Notes under the pieces: generated by a model | The model's database searches: none | What the model was told of the DNA's origin: nothing | The model's input: only the letters and a program-made list of their open reading frames with translations | From: Paraspadella gotoi | Taxonomy: Eukaryota; Animalia; Chaetognatha | Assembly: GCA_051294375.1 (NCBI GenBank) | Contig: CM119263.1 | Coordinates: 20,302,115 to 20,366,114, forward strand | Length of the DNA stretch: 64,000 bases | Direction: 5' to 3' | Translations under genes and position numbers: made by a program | Shown here: positions 35,431 through 48,840 of the stretch, piece after piece | How the letters are laid out: the number at the start of each line of letters is the position of its first letter | How positions within the stretch are numbered: position 1 is the first letter of the stretch

Positions 35431-38400
35431 TTATCCCCATCGTCAGTTACCTTGCTCAAAACTGAAACCCCATGAGATTTTTGAATGTCAGTCCGTCCTT
35501 CAAGTTCAGTCACGAAGAAATTGATATCTTTAAATCTTTTTTTTTTTCATCTCTCTCTGTCTTTCTCTGTCTCTTTCTGTCTCTCTTTGTCTCTCTTTAT
35601 AAACTGCCATAAATGTTATTCTTTTCTCTTTTCTCTTTTTTCTCACCTCAAAAAAATGGTTCTGCCAATAATACCAAAATATTACTATATTTAATGATTC
35701 AATAAATTAGGTTATAATGGGTTAATTTTCGGCTACAGTAAATTTATTGGCGTAGTATTAAAGCCACTCCATTATGTATTTTATGTAAGTCTAAAAAATA
35801 ATTTAAATACGTAATATATCATGTAGTATATCTCCCATTGACTGTTCGTAGAGAAGGAAACCTTTGCCGCCATCTTAAAAAAAAATATCGTTCGCAACGC
35901 TCGCGCTCGCATTTACAATTCCCATTCATATTTCCCCAACGGTTTTGACGTTTGATAATTTGCGTGGGAAATAAAAAAAAACAAAAAAAAACAGAAACAT
36001 AAAGTATAAATAAAGGCTCTAAAAAGTTTTTATGATATAGATTTTAAATCAAGGCTGCAGGATCAACCTTTTTTCTTTTTATCGTCACGAGCTCAACGCT
36101 CGACGTGCTGCGCAATTGACAAGATAAGCCGCAACAAAACAATCGAACTTCTGCCATCGAGCACAAAGCCAAAGGACGATTTCCTGCAACGGCCCCGATA
36201 AGCCGGGACGAACGCGATAAAAATCGCCGTCTCGTTTTAACGATGACCAGATGTCGCTCGAGCTCCGCCATTTTGACGCGAGAGAGCGAGGATCAATTGG
36301 ATAAAATCACCGCCTCGTTTTGTTTTTTTTTTATTTTTGTTTTTTGTTTATTTTTTTTCGTTCGCCAGATGGCGTCTTTCGCGATTTCTGTCGCTGGATC
36401 AAGAAGCAAAGCCAGGATCGATTGGATGGAATCCCCCTAGTGCTGGTATAAAGTGACAGATCGATATTTTTTTTCGGTGTTAGGTTAGGATTGATAGAGC
36501 GAGATTGTCACGAAATGACGCAGTGTGAAAAATGTCGAGGTCGAATGAATTCCATTTGTTGCAATACATTAAGCGCTTCCCTGGGCATCTAGAATACATT
36601 GCGCAAGATTAGGAGACTCAAAAAACGTGGCTGTCAAAATCGAAAAGGGGCAGAAATCTCTATTTTTCCTGAATTGCCTTGTTTATTTTTTTGTGTGTGT
36701 GTGGGTGTGTGACTGTTATTTACATCATTTCTCGTTTTCTTTCCTAATCCAAATTGTCTTCAAAGTCACTAACCTACCATTTTCTTTCATCAAACTTTTC
36801 ACCATCATTCGTTTAACTTTTTAACCTCGACTTTTTCCCTTTCCTTTTCTTTTTCTTCTCCTCCCTTCCTCCACTTCAACTTAGTTTTCTCCATCCCTTC
36901 ATCTTCCATTTCGGGATTCGCTCGATGTTTGACCTCAGGCAAACGACGGAGGAACGAATTCCGGATTGCCGACCCTCCCGGCAGCCGGTGATGGAATTTC
37001 GGACCAAAACAACCGGCGGCTGTGTTTCGTCGTCTGCCGGAATTGGCGGCTACCAGCCGACGGCAACCGGATTTCGAAGAGCAGCAATCAACTTTTTACT
37101 CACGTCTCTTATGTACATTAGTATAATGTATACATTGTACACGAAAGATACTTGAATAGAGACGAAGCAAAATATACTTCGAACGGCGAACAAACTTAAT
37201 TAATAAATTTAATTTCACTGTTAGTAAAAAAAAAACATTGCTCAATATTTTCTGGAGATAGTATCTTTGCAAGATTCAATTAAATCTGACTGTGCAATAG
37301 GGTGGAGTGATGAAAATATTGAGCGATAGAAAAATTTTTTTTGCTGCCTTTATATATGTAATAAAAAATAATTAAGCCCATTTTTAAATCAATTTTGCAT
37401 AACAGTATCATTAAATATTTTTTTTATAATAATATCTTTATAAATTCATAAAATTTTAAAATATTTTTTTTAATTTTAATAATAGTTTCGGATTAGCCGG
37501 AGAAAGTTTTGTAATATATGTTTTATGATATTTTTAAGTAAAAGTATCAAAAAATAACTAAAACGTTTCATCATATTTATAATAGTTTCTACTACAGAGT
37601 AAAAGTAAAGAATTTTTAACTTTTTTTCCATTTTAGACGCTGAAGACATTACAATTTTTAGTAACACATTTTATATTTTTGATCTAACTTTTTATGAAGA
37701 ATCAGAATCTTTAAAAAAATTATATTATATTTCGATAAATATATTGTAATTAATAAATGCGATTTTATTCGAATACAACGAGGTTGATTCAGTACAATCA
37801 TCATCAACAAACAAACAAACATAGACGAAGTCTGAGCAAACAAAAAACATTATAAAATAGAGAGAAAAAACAGTTATTTAAATAAAATTAATTAATTAAA
37901 ATTTAAACAATTAAAAATTGTTCTTATGTTGTAAAAAACGGAACAAGTTTCTGAAGAACAGTATTTTTCATTGCATAGATCTTTGAGATAAAGGTTTTCT
38001 AACGATTATTAAAAATTGTAGATAGGTCGTGGTATCCAAACTTACTCTTAAGTTCTCTCACACTTTCGCCAAACAATACAAGCAAAATAGTTTTTGTACT
38101 CCTTAATCATACTATCACATATCTAAATATTCTTGTTTAATGTTTAATGTCTATTCACTTAAATACAATTTATGGTCCACTCTACTGTAGACGTGAAATG
38201 CCACCGCTCAACCTATAAATCTCAGGAGATAAAAACAACACGTTAATCAGATTGTCATTCGTCATCCTTTTTTAAGTCTTTTGTTCTTTTTTATTCAAAA
38301 TGACTCATTTCGAAGGCATGTTTGTAATTGTTTCATGATCTTTGTTTTGATCCTCAATTTTCATAACGGAGGCAGGGGCGCATGGACATTAATGTTAATG

Positions 38401-41292
38401 TTTTCCGAGAACAAGTCACTCTCCTGAAAAAAAAAATACGGAAGAAAAAAACAAAAGCGCTTTGCTTCGGAAGAGTAAGTCAGTCGTTATGAGAAACGCG
38501 ATTCCTTTCCTTCTTCCTTTCATCGTGTCTTTTTCTTTCCTTTCACGTGAGTTTCTTTTTTCGTCGGAATTGGTTGAACTGTGAACACGTCACGTGAATT
38601 AAAACGAAAAAAAACAAACTAATAAATAAATTATTTCTTATTCAACTTCCATACGGACCAACGTTTGATTTTAAGACCATCTTTTCCTTATATTATCGTA
38701 ATTGAACAAAGCGAAAATTCAAATTTCACTGCTTTCATTCTTTGTACTCCTCTTCTTAATGTTTCCTCTTCCACCCTTTTTGCAAACTCGCTCGACTGTT
38801 AACATTTTCTTCTCCTTCCCCACTCCTTGTGTGTCTCTCATCTATTTTAATAATGATGTTCCTTTGTTTTTCTTCTCGTTTTTGTTCTCGTCGGCGTCGC
38901 CATCATCTCCATACTAGTCTTCTTTCATTTTTCTTCGCCCTTGTCCGCTAGGCGTCTTCATTGCTCCTCGTTCAGTTTTGTTTTGTTTTTTTTTTCTTCG
39001 GGGGAGGTGCGGTTTTTTTTTCCGGAGCCGTGCGAAATGATGGAAACGACCACGTCCTGCCTCTGGCAGTTATATTTTACTTGCTTCGGCAGTCATTGTT
39101 AAAGTCCAAAAGAGTTATAGTAAGGAAAAAAGCGATCATAAGCTTTGACCAAGTCGATGAAATTGTGAATAATGAAAGAAGGTTCTAAGACTATGTTCGT
39201 AGTATTAACCCTTAAAATAACAATCAAACTCCTAACCCGCTAATCTTATCGAGCTAGGGTCTTTGCTCCTACTCTACCTAGCCTCACCTCCAATCCTCCT
39301 ATACATTGCTTCAACTCCACCGCTCCATCTCTCTCGTGCTTCACCCCCACTTCTCTTCTACCTTGTCTCTCTCCAACGCCCCCCCCACACCCTCACCCAA
39401 GAAGGCCTATAATTCCTCCATCTCGCGGAGGCGGTTCCGTCGAAGGAGTCGTCGACGGAGGCGAACTTGAGGGTGTTGGCGCGGATGCTGCGGACGAACT
39501 TGGCTTTGGCCTTCAACTTGATGTAGACTTTGGCGTAGACGACGAGGAGTAGTACGAGAGGGACGTAGAAGGATCCCGAGGCCGAGTAGATCACGTAGCC
39601 TGAGGGAAAGGAATGATTGAAAAAGAAATACGGGAAACTGGAAAATATTTGTTTAAAATGTCAATTGAAATCTGTCATCGAAGGAAATGACTAAAATATT
39701 CGGACTGTGCCGTGAGGAGTAGAAGGTGAAGCGCGAACTTCAGGGGCATCTAGTCACTTTAATACTGTGTGTAATAGTGTAATAGTGTAATAGTGAAGAT
39801 ATCTGTTGAGAAAAGGGAGCAGAGAGGGTTGGGGAAATTTGGGTTATCAAGGGAAAAACAATGTGACGTTTTGAGACAGAAGAAAATCAAATTATTTTTA
39901 ATCAATCAGAGATCAAAGAATCAGAACAAACCATTTAATCAATCGGTAAATCGATCGGTCAATCTGATGAATTGAGTACACGCTAAATTACAAAACGAAA
40001 GGGATAAATATACGTTCTACCGTTAACATTATTTCCGTTCTTAACCGGATCCGTTGATGTCATATCGGGTCGTTTGTCAAACTCTAGATTCTGGAATGTT
40101 GTCATAACGCGAGTCATTTATTATTCGCCCGTCGTTTCGATCAAGCCTCAATTTAGGGATCGAGGACGACGACGACGACGACAACGACAACAACAACGAT
40201 GACGAGGCGGGAAAAATACCGCGAAAATCGTTTCAGTGTAAACAAGTTGATGGCGGGAGGAAGCGAGCGTAAAACCGTTGAAACGTGCAAGGAATGATTG
40301 TTTCCTAGCTTTCCAGCTGGAGATACACGATTTAAGAACTGCAGCATTTATTTATTCATTTTTTTTATTTATTCGTATACTCGAGAATAGCATTGAGTTT
40401 TCTTAAAAAAAGCCATTACTTTTAATTTAAAAAAGGTAAAGTATTCCTCGCATCTCTTGGTTGCACAGCTGCAATATTCTCACCCGGTGACAGGTTTTAT
40501 TTTTTCCCCCTTTTTTTTTCTTTTTTAAGAATTTTTTTTCTTTCGGTTTTGTTTTGGATGAATGTACTGCGCAATAGACTTGGTTTTTTCTCTTTACGTT
40601 TTTTCGCGATTTTTTTTTTTATGACGAACTTCTCAATCGTACAGGACCAAGGGGACCTTCTTTATTCTGGATATCGGTTCAAAAATGTTTTATTAGAATA
40701 AAAGGAATGGAATTGTAGGTAATAACAATTCCGACCTGGAGTCTGAAAGAGAACGCACTGCGCAACGTCGGACGAGTTGGAGACGACGTATGAGGGACGA
40801 TCTCGCCAACCGAACAAAGGCGGAACCGTGATCACGATGGACAGGGTCCAAGATCTGAAGCCGAAGAGACAACGGTAAAGGTGTTAATGTTAATGACACA
40901 AATTTAATTACCAGTGACATTTCTGTTCAAATAATTCACATAGAAGATTACCCGCAAATATAACCCAACGCAAGTGTTCCGGATTTTTTGTGCAACAGGT
41001 ATTTCGCTGGATAGTTGGTCGCCATGAAACGATCTGTAACAAATACGTAATTTATATTTTAATTAGGTTTTTTTGACGCCATCTTTTTTTCCCTACATCG
41101 ATCCTCTCTCCTCACCCAGCGCGATGGCCACGATGGCCCAGATGGACGCCGTGCAACAAAGGACGTCAATGGAAAGCCAAAGGTTACAGATGAATTCGCC
41201 AAAGGGCCATCTGCTGAGGACCTCGTTGGCCATCGAGAAAGGGAGGACCGTCAGACTGAGGAGTAGGTCACACATCGCCAAGTTGCCTGAGA

Positions 41293-41373
<81 letters not shown>

Positions 41374-42144
41374 AGAGAGAGAGAGAGAGAGAGACAGAGA
41401 GAGAGATGACGTCCGGAACGTAATTAATCAGTGAAAAAAACAGCATGAGTAAAGGGTTAAATTAGAAAATGGAAATTTCGTGGCACATTTAACTTTCACG
41501 AAATTGGAATTAAAAATTCAATAGGGTACGGAAACTAATTCCGGGTTAAAGGTCCTAAAAGTTTCTTTATTAATACTTTGTATAATGATGGACAAAAAGT
41601 GACGTAGGCATTATATTATATAAACAAAATAAAACATTGAAACATGTATTTATGTATCTTTTTCGAAAGACAAATAATCGAGAGTCTTACCTATAAGATA
41701 ATTTGAAACCGTCTGCAAAACGGGCATTCGCAAGATGGCGACGAAAACGAGAACATTTCCCACGAGTGTCCAAATATTGATAACGGCTGGTTCGGAAAAG
41801 AAAATCAAGATTGGTAAATGGTTGATACTTTTAACATACTGAAAATTTTAATGGCCGATTGCCATTAGACTGATTTGTTTAAATGTAAATCAATTTCTGG
41901 GCTAAAATTTCCTAAGTTCACTGACCTAAAGCAACGCCAACGACGACGGCCCGACTGACGTCCAAATCTTCGACGTCGCTCGAGTTGAAAGTAAAGTTAA
42001 AATCGAGAGTAGAGTTGAAGTTGAAGGAAGAGTTGAGATCGAGAGTTGAGTTTAAATCGAAAGTTGGGTTGATGTCGGAATTTAATGAGTTTAGGCGAAA
42101 AAATTCACCGAACGATGAATTAAAGTCGCCTTTGTTTCCGTTCA
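19287..42144 (-). CDS. Biogenic amine class A GPCR (alpha-type octopamine/tyramine/adrenergic-like), 5'-incomplete, ~750 aa
   Basis: Phase-compatible exons, in transcript order: 42144-41926, 41786-41691 (TM1, LVGNVLV), 41286-41116 (TM2 LAMCDLL; TM3 [11 protein letters not shown] with D3.32), 41033-40952 (DRF), 40854-40736 (TM4, PPLFGW), 39599-39397 (TM5, [15 protein letters not shown]), 35349-34982, 32097-31435, 22306-22242 (ICL3), 21709-21560 (TM6 ICWTPFF; TM7 FFWLG), 19402-19287 ([14 protein letters not shown]). Confidence 0.92.
19929..20113 (+). mobile_element. Dispersed 5'-truncated copy of the ~325-bp ribozyme-bearing repeat (most diverged copy)
   Basis: Reverse-complement match to the 32448-33588 unit. 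Homology ends at ...gtaccaatttcata. Confidence 0.9.
19996..20058 (+). ncRNA. Candidate P5-type twister ribozyme motif; predicted U/A cut between 20021 and 20022
   Basis: UAUCUUG-CAAGUGU-GA-UGG-AGGCCU-UAA-ACC-AC-CAAAG-CCUG-U-CCA-AA-GU-CAGG-GA-CAAGAUA. Confidence 0.6.
20673..20945. mobile_element. Fold-back (MITE-like) element with nested inverted repeats
   Basis: Outer pair tgaagagttgcaggtcaaacga (20673-20694) / tcgtttaggctgcaactcttca (20924-20945). Inner perfect 24-bp pair at 20745-20768 / 20849-20872. Confidence 0.65.
22797..22897. repeat. Compound (GAC)n(GAA)n microsatellite
   Basis: Seen directly. Confidence 0.95.
25502..25712. repeat. (AAAAG)n/(AAAGG)n pentanucleotide purine tract
   Basis: Seen directly. 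Confidence 0.95.
27686..27800. repeat. (GAT)n microsatellite
   Basis: Seen directly. Confidence 0.95.
29002..29414 (-). CDS. Probable additional or alternative ICL3 exon of the GPCR
   Basis: Acceptor ccccccccttcag, donor gtcagt. 413 nt, open only in the phase 0 to phase 2 frame (LRPRRF...HVDLEVSS...WSFQTE). GC-rich like the other ICL3 exons. Confidence 0.55.
32369..32449. repeat. Left arm of an ~81-bp inverted repeat (right arm 33799-33879) enclosing the tandem array
   Basis: ttaaaaagtttaatttcataatggagtgcag...cgacataagtttcta is the reverse complement of 33799-33879, apart from 1-2 indels. Confidence 0.9.
32500..32562 (-). ncRNA. Candidate P5-type twister ribozyme motif, array copy 1; predicted cut between 32537 and 32536
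   Basis: UAUCUUGU-AAGAGU-GA-UGG-AGGCCU-UAA-ACC-AC-CAAAG-CCUG-U-CCA-AA-GU-CAGG-G-GCAAGAUA. P5 and P4 stems and both pseudoknots (UGG/CCA, AC/GU) can pair. Confidence 0.68.
32827..32888 (-). ncRNA. Candidate twister motif, array copy 2 (1-nt deletion in the P4 loop)
   Basis: Same as copy 1, but the forward strand reads ctttgacagg instead of ctttggacagg. This may be a consensus error. Confidence 0.5.
33147..33209 (-). ncRNA. Candidate twister motif, array copy 3
   Basis: Identical to the copy 1 motif. Confidence 0.68.
33476..33538 (-). ncRNA. Candidate twister motif, array copy 4
   Basis: Identical to the copy 1 motif. Confidence 0.68.
34633..34878 (-). mobile_element. Dispersed 5'-truncated copy of the ~325-bp repeat; twister motif at 34686-34748 has the putative catalytic G changed to U
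   Basis: Matches the array unit. The motif reads AAGAGU-UA-UGG instead of AAGAGU-GA-UGG and has a P5 mismatch. Confidence 0.9.
37295..38187. mobile_element. MITE-like non-autonomous DNA element, copy 2 (inverted relative to 11931-12589)
   Basis: Starts caatagggtggagtgatgaaaa and ends ccactctactg. Segmental homology to copy 1, with an extra internal ~230 bp. Confidence 0.7.
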
Positions 42145-43289
42145 CTGAATAGCGTCAAAATCGTGATAAATCATTTTTTTTGTTTATTAAATAAGAAGTT
42201 AGTATTTTTTGTGTTGTAAAAGAAAACCTTTTTGGTATACTCGTGAGCGACTTGCATTTGCATTTCTCTGGCAAGAAACACAAGTAAAAGTAAAACAATT
42301 GTCTTACTTCATTACTTTGCAAATTTGTATTGAAAAGAATGATTATCCCTATTCCCCTTTTCAGCCTCTTTCAATTTGCAGCCCCTAAACTAAAGAATGA
42401 GACTAGGCAGGTTAAATCCCTTTCGGTTTCAGGTCCCTTATAACCGCGTTAGGATAAGAGGCGACGACTAAGTGTCCGACATCGCTAATTCTCGCAAAAG
42501 AGAAACAACGCCTCAGGAATAACGAAGCAGATGTCGCATTTTTTCGCGTAACCATTAGTCACGCGTCACCACGTGCACGGACAGGGTTGAACGTAAAATA
42601 GTTGACAAAGAGAAAAAAAAAAGGCTTCGCCAGAGGAAAGTGACAAAATATTTAACAATTTCATTACGAGACAATTCCCCGCGTATACTCCGAAGCGCGA
42701 AGGCATAAAGGATCCTGTCCATAATTCATTTTCGCGCGAGAGTCTTTTCCGCCAGATTCGCGAAGCCGGAAAAAAGCCAATGGCTTCGGTGAAATGGATA
42801 AAATATTTTTTTCATAAGGTATATCATGACAAAAACATATTAGTCGAGTTAGTAAAATCTTCAAATTGTGATTTTTCTATTCATATTAATATTACCCATA
42901 TTAATAATACACAATAGTAGGTAAGAAACCTATATTTTAAAAGTTATTTTCATGAGGAAGCCAAGGGCCAAAAACAAATCGGAGCAATTGAATAAGAGCT
43001 TTTCCGACATTTATAGAAAGAGAAACAGAAGCAGTCTTTTGAATTGTGACTAATCAAAAGACAAAAGCGGGTTTTATGGTAGTCTTACGCAAAAGCTCAG
43101 CATTTATTTCTTCCTCTTTGCTTTCAAACATGATTCTAACATTAATTTTTTTCATTCTTTTATTTCAGTTATTTCTTTGCGTCTTTATTTTGTCTCCTTT
43201 TTATTAAATGCTTTATCGCAGAGTATTACGTAATCTCTCTTTCTCCCACTCTCTCCCTTTTTCTCTCTTTTTACTTCTAAGTTCTAACT

Positions 43290-43405
<116 letters not shown>

Positions 43406-46400
43406 CATTTCCCTTGCCATTTACTCACGTTTTTACTTCTCTTGATTGCGATATTTCTCATCTTCTTCTTCCTTTTATCCACTTTGGGTTTTTTTCAACT
43501 TATCTTTCCTTTTTATTTTCCCCGCAAACCATTCACGTCTACCTAAGTGTGTAATGGCCTTGTAGTAGTACATTTTTATAACTTTTTTTATTTATTCTTC
43601 TCTTCATTTTTTTTTTCGCTTAGCGTTTTTTCATAAGTTTTTACCTTAGTAAAAAGCTTTATTAGTTTTCTCCTGCAGTGTCTGTACAATCAGTGTACAT
43701 AGAAAATCTCGTTACGTCCAGACCAACTTGATATATTAATTAATGGGCAAAAAAACTCCAAAAACGTCCTTTAAAAAATTGTTTGTATTATCAGATGGAT
43801 TTTTCGATTGTCAAAAACAAAAATGTTTCTCAACCAAAGACAAAAACTCACGAATTTCTAACAGAAATACTGAAATACCAAAAACTTATTTGAGTTTGAA
43901 TGAAATATTTTTATGTCATTTCATCGAGAGACTTCGTAATCCGTATTTTTATCCGACATAAAAATTTATATATCAGTCGAATTTCGATCTTGAAATTTTT
44001 GTCTATCTTAAAAATGCCACGATTCTCATTATTATGGTTTTTATTCCGTCAGCAATGCTAAGATTTACATAAACGCAAATTGCGTCGCAATAAACCTAAG
44101 AATAATTTAGAAAAATAAAGACATTCGTTAGCAAACCATTTTTCAGCTTTCTCTTCATTTTGTTTTAAAAATTGGTTTTTCCAATTAAGCGGGAAAAGGT
44201 TTTTTTTTTCAGGAGAGGAACCGGTTGAGGCTAATCCATAGAGACGGATAAAGGGCGGCATCGGCGGCTTAGGAAATGACGGCGGAGTGGCAACTACGCA
44301 GCGGTGGCGGTGAAAATGAGAAAAGGCCGCGACGATAAAAATATCAGCGGATTCGAAAAACCGGCGACGATGACGTTAAAGCGTCACCTTGACGCCGGAA
44401 AAATGAGGGCGACGCCGATGAGGATGGAGATAATCGTGATTACCGATTTGGAGGTGGCAATGACTTTGTCACGCTAACTTTAAATTCGATGCAAACTTAA
44501 TTTTACTTTACGATTGTAAATCAATGAGGTAATTAAGCTTGTCCTGGTAATCGCAAGGAGTTTCAGCGGTCTAAAGCTCTCACAATTCCAGTCGACAATT
44601 CTAATTTCTTCCTATTTTCCTTACACATTCTCTCCGCCATTCACAGATGAAAGCCTATTTCCCAATCCTGGGATTCCATGGATCTTCCACTGTGTCTTAA
44701 TGTACTTCCCTCTGAAACAGAGCGCATATTTCTCCTCTCCTTCTAGACATCCCTTCCTCTTTTCCTCTAATTCTTCACACCATGTTTCCCTTTATCTCTT
44801 CTCTCCTTTTCTCTTCAAAGCAATTCTCCTTCAAATCATCTTAATTCTTCTTTTACCCTTCCTCTCCTCTCCTCTCTCTCCCTCTTCCTCTTTCAAACCA
44901 TCATTTCGTTTACCTTTTCTATCCTCCGTTTTCTCCTCTTTCAAACCAACCTCTCTTTACCTGATGACTCTAGAGGGGAAATCCAGCTCATTCGCTTTTG
45001 CCACATCAGTATTCGATAACGGGTCGGTTTTGGTTTGAAAAATGTGTCGGTAAGCACTCAGTACCTTGAAGAATCTTCAATGAAGATATACACCACAGTA
45101 ACTCAGAAACGTAATATTTCGTTTTCTTTTTAGATTTTTTGTTGGAAAAAATTGCGGTATATATTGAGTTTTCTGCTCCTAGTTGCCCAAGGTCTTTTTC
45201 CTCTAATTTGAGATGATATTTCCTGTTAATCCACGTTTCACTGAACTTTTAATTCTTCGCGCAGCTGCGTTCCGCTCTCATCTTGTTACGCGAGCCTCAA
45301 TTTTCCCAGAGAAAAATAATTATTTTCGTTTTTAACGCTCGAAATTGCGAATTCTATCTCCCCGTTCCCAATTCCCCAAATCATCATACGTCCCTTTTTT
45401 ATCCGATAAAAAAGATAAAAAAAGAAAAACCCGAAGAAAATTGTATTTTTTTAAAGATAGTTAATCGACGTTGTTCGGCTCTTTGCGTCAGCGCCGATAT
45501 GTGAGACCATATAAACAGCACAGCTTCGCCCGACTCGGGTGTTTCGCTTCCATCGTTTCCAAACAATCGAGGGTGAACGGTTCACGCCTCCGCCATCGAC
45601 ACCGCCTCGGAGAAAATCGTTTGGGACTCTCATTCTCCGCTTCGTCATGAGAGATGAACTTATTGAAGACAACTACTTAAAACCGGCGAAGGAACGTGGT
45701 TGGATACAGAGACTCATAAGAATATCGTGAAAAGCTCGGAGAACTTCTACTACAGTAAACAGGTTGAAAACTGAATAGACTCATTACAGCCGAACGAGAA
45801 CTCTGAAGAATTGCGGTTTTTTTTTTTTGAGACAATTCAATCAGTTCCCTTTTAAGTAAAGCGATACGATCTTACCTCACTTTCCTTCTCTTTCTCTTCC
45901 TTATCTACCTCCCTTTTCAATGTTCATCTTTACGGCCTCTCTCTTTATCTCTGATCGTCCTGTCCCAGCTTTTTATCATCCTCTCATCAGATCGCCCTTT
46001 ATTTTCTCTCTTCCTTTTTCTCCCTCATTTCACGCCTCCTTTTCCTCCATCCCTCCCCTTTTTTTCTTTTTTCTCCATTTTTTCTCCCAACTTCTTTTTC
46101 CCAGGTGGTCCAGAGAATTCCGGTTCTTAACCCCTCTCTATCTTCTGGATAATGTGGACGACCCCTAAATCTTCGAAGCTATTATAGTGAAACTTATCAT
46201 CATTAGTAAAATGTATCGTTTATTCATTAAATCAGTCATTTTTTATTGGTTCATTCTTCTATCGATTCATTCAATAATTTTTTAATTTTATTTTTCTTTT
46301 TATTCTTTTATTATTTTTATTCATTAAAACGTCGGTTTATTTTTTTATATAATTATTCTGACCGATATGTCGCTTATAATCTATTAATTCGCGGTCTATT

Positions 46401-46795
46401 GAATTTTTCTTTCAGTTTCTTACTTCCAATTCTTCCTTTCTCATCTTTTCAAAGGAATTCTGTTTAAAATTCAATTTCTTGCCGAAAAAAAATCGTCGAA
46501 TTTTTCGTCGTCGTCGACGTCTCGCTTCGTCGTCTTCACCGCCGTCTGGCGCCACCTGACGTTAATTCCTTAATGTATCATTAATGCAATCGCGAACAAA
46601 ACGACAGCGAAGACGGCGAAGGCTAACGAGGGAATCACCATTCCATTAGACGAGAGAAAAAAAAAGGTTTTTCCATTCGTTAGAGAGAAAAATTTTTTTT
46701 TTAAAAATGAAAGATTTAACGTAAGAAAAACAACAAAGGGAATCAAAGATCAGAAAAACGAGGGAGAAACAAATATAAACAGAAAACAAAACAAC

Positions 46796-46889
<94 letters not shown>

Positions 46890-47916
46890 AAAGCGAAACG
46901 CGATCGTTTTCGTGCGTCGGAGGTGAAGGAGCGATGGGCGGAGACCGAGAAGAATCTCGGTTACGCGAGAAAGAGGCGATTGTTACGTTTATGTTGACGT
47001 CGTTGTCGTGGTCTCATTGTTGTGGTCTTGTTGTTGTGGTCTTATTGTTGTGGTCCAGTTTACGAGTAGACGTCGACTTCGTATCTACGTAATGATTCTC
47101 TCTCTTCTTCTCGAGATTTGTTTATTTCCTTTGTTTTGCCAGAGAAAATGATGAAAACAAAAAAATGTCTTCGACTCGGATCCCATCCGAGATAATGAGG
47201 TTCCCGCGCTTTTCCCATGGAGGGCGTCTTCCGTTCGACAACTACATTCCTTTTCCTTTATCTTTATTCCACCTCCCGGTCCCCCCTTTTGGGGTCGCCA
47301 TCTTTGTTCGACGGCAACATCATATTTGTTATTTATGTTCCGTTTTTCCGCTCGGCCATCTCACTTTAAATGGCGACCGGTGAAAAGATCTTCCCTCCTC
47401 CACCGACTTCTCTCGCTGTATACCTGTTTACTAGAGTGATGTGAAAATGATTAAATTTTAGAAAATTAAAATTTAGCATATAAAACATGAACATAAAAAC
47501 CAATAAAAATACTTTGGTAAATTTATTTTTAAATTTTATACATTAGTGAGTTCAGTGAGCTATACATATAGGCTAAAATTTCAAATTGCAAATTTTAAAA
47601 TTTTAAGAACGGATTTGGTTTCTTTGCAAAAAGTTGATATAAGAAAGTACAATTCTTTTTTAAAAATTCTTTCATAAAGTTAGTCAAAAATGTAAAAAAA
47701 ATATATTTAAGATACCGATTTCCAATTTCCAGCTTTGTGTTAAGCCTTTCTTTTTGTTGTTTGTTTTAAATTTAAGTGAAACAAAATTCTCTTCACCTTT
47801 GTCCTCAACTTCACCTGTCCTCACATCTAACCACTTTCCTTTCCTCAATTCTTTGTTGGAAACTTTCTCCTTTCTCTCTCTTTCTCTCTCTCTCTCTTTC
47901 TCTCTCTCTCTTTCTC

Positions 47917-47990
<74 letters not shown>

Positions 47991-48840
47991 ACCAATTCAA
48001 TGTTGGTGAAAAAATTATTTGTAGTTTTCAAATGCTGATGAAGGCTCGAAATCTGAGCCAAAACAATCTAAAATAAAACTATATTGTTGTTTCACGAAAA
48101 TTTTGTTTAACTTAAATTTCCAGCTTAAAAATATAGTTTTTTGTAATTTTAACCTACTTAATGACATAATTTTTAAAAAAGATTTATATTTTCTTTTATC
48201 AACTTTTAACGAGGAATCTGAATCTATTCTCAGAATTTAAAAAAAAATATTTTGAAATTTTGACATTATATAATTGTAGTAATATATACAAAATAAGCTG
48301 ACTGGCCTACTATATTTGTAAAAAAAGAAAAATAACTACAGATTAGTATTCACTAATATGATAGCTTTCAAAATATGACTGCTATATTTTGATTCCAAAC
48401 TTTCACTTCACCCTACTGTTTATCTTCTGGGTAAATATTTCATCCAAACACCTTCCCTTCATTTTTCACGATCAACATTTTCTTTTGGTTCCGATTTCTA
48501 AAGATTCTTTGCTTTCTCATCTTCACCGCAGATTATTTGATGCTCTTTTTTTCCCTTCTTCCAGTCTCCATTTTTATCGCCATCTTTTTATATTCGATAA
48601 AGCCGTTCCCAACTTTCTTCACTCCATTGATCACCCATGACACGGTTATATGGCCCCATTTTTACCCGATTCAAGCATTGCGAACAGGCCGGTCGATTTA
48701 TTGCCTTACGTCACTTGTTTATGTTTATGTTTAATGCTGCTAATATTAAAAATCAAAAGTAAGAATCTTAAAACTCATCCTATTACATATATAATTTATA
48801 TATTCATTGTCTTAAATACCAAGCATTTTTATTAAAAGTA

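Noticed and set aside
42229-42263. GPCR first coding exon (MQMQVAHEYTKK)
   Set aside because: Its donor is weak and in phase 0, while the next exon needs phase 1.
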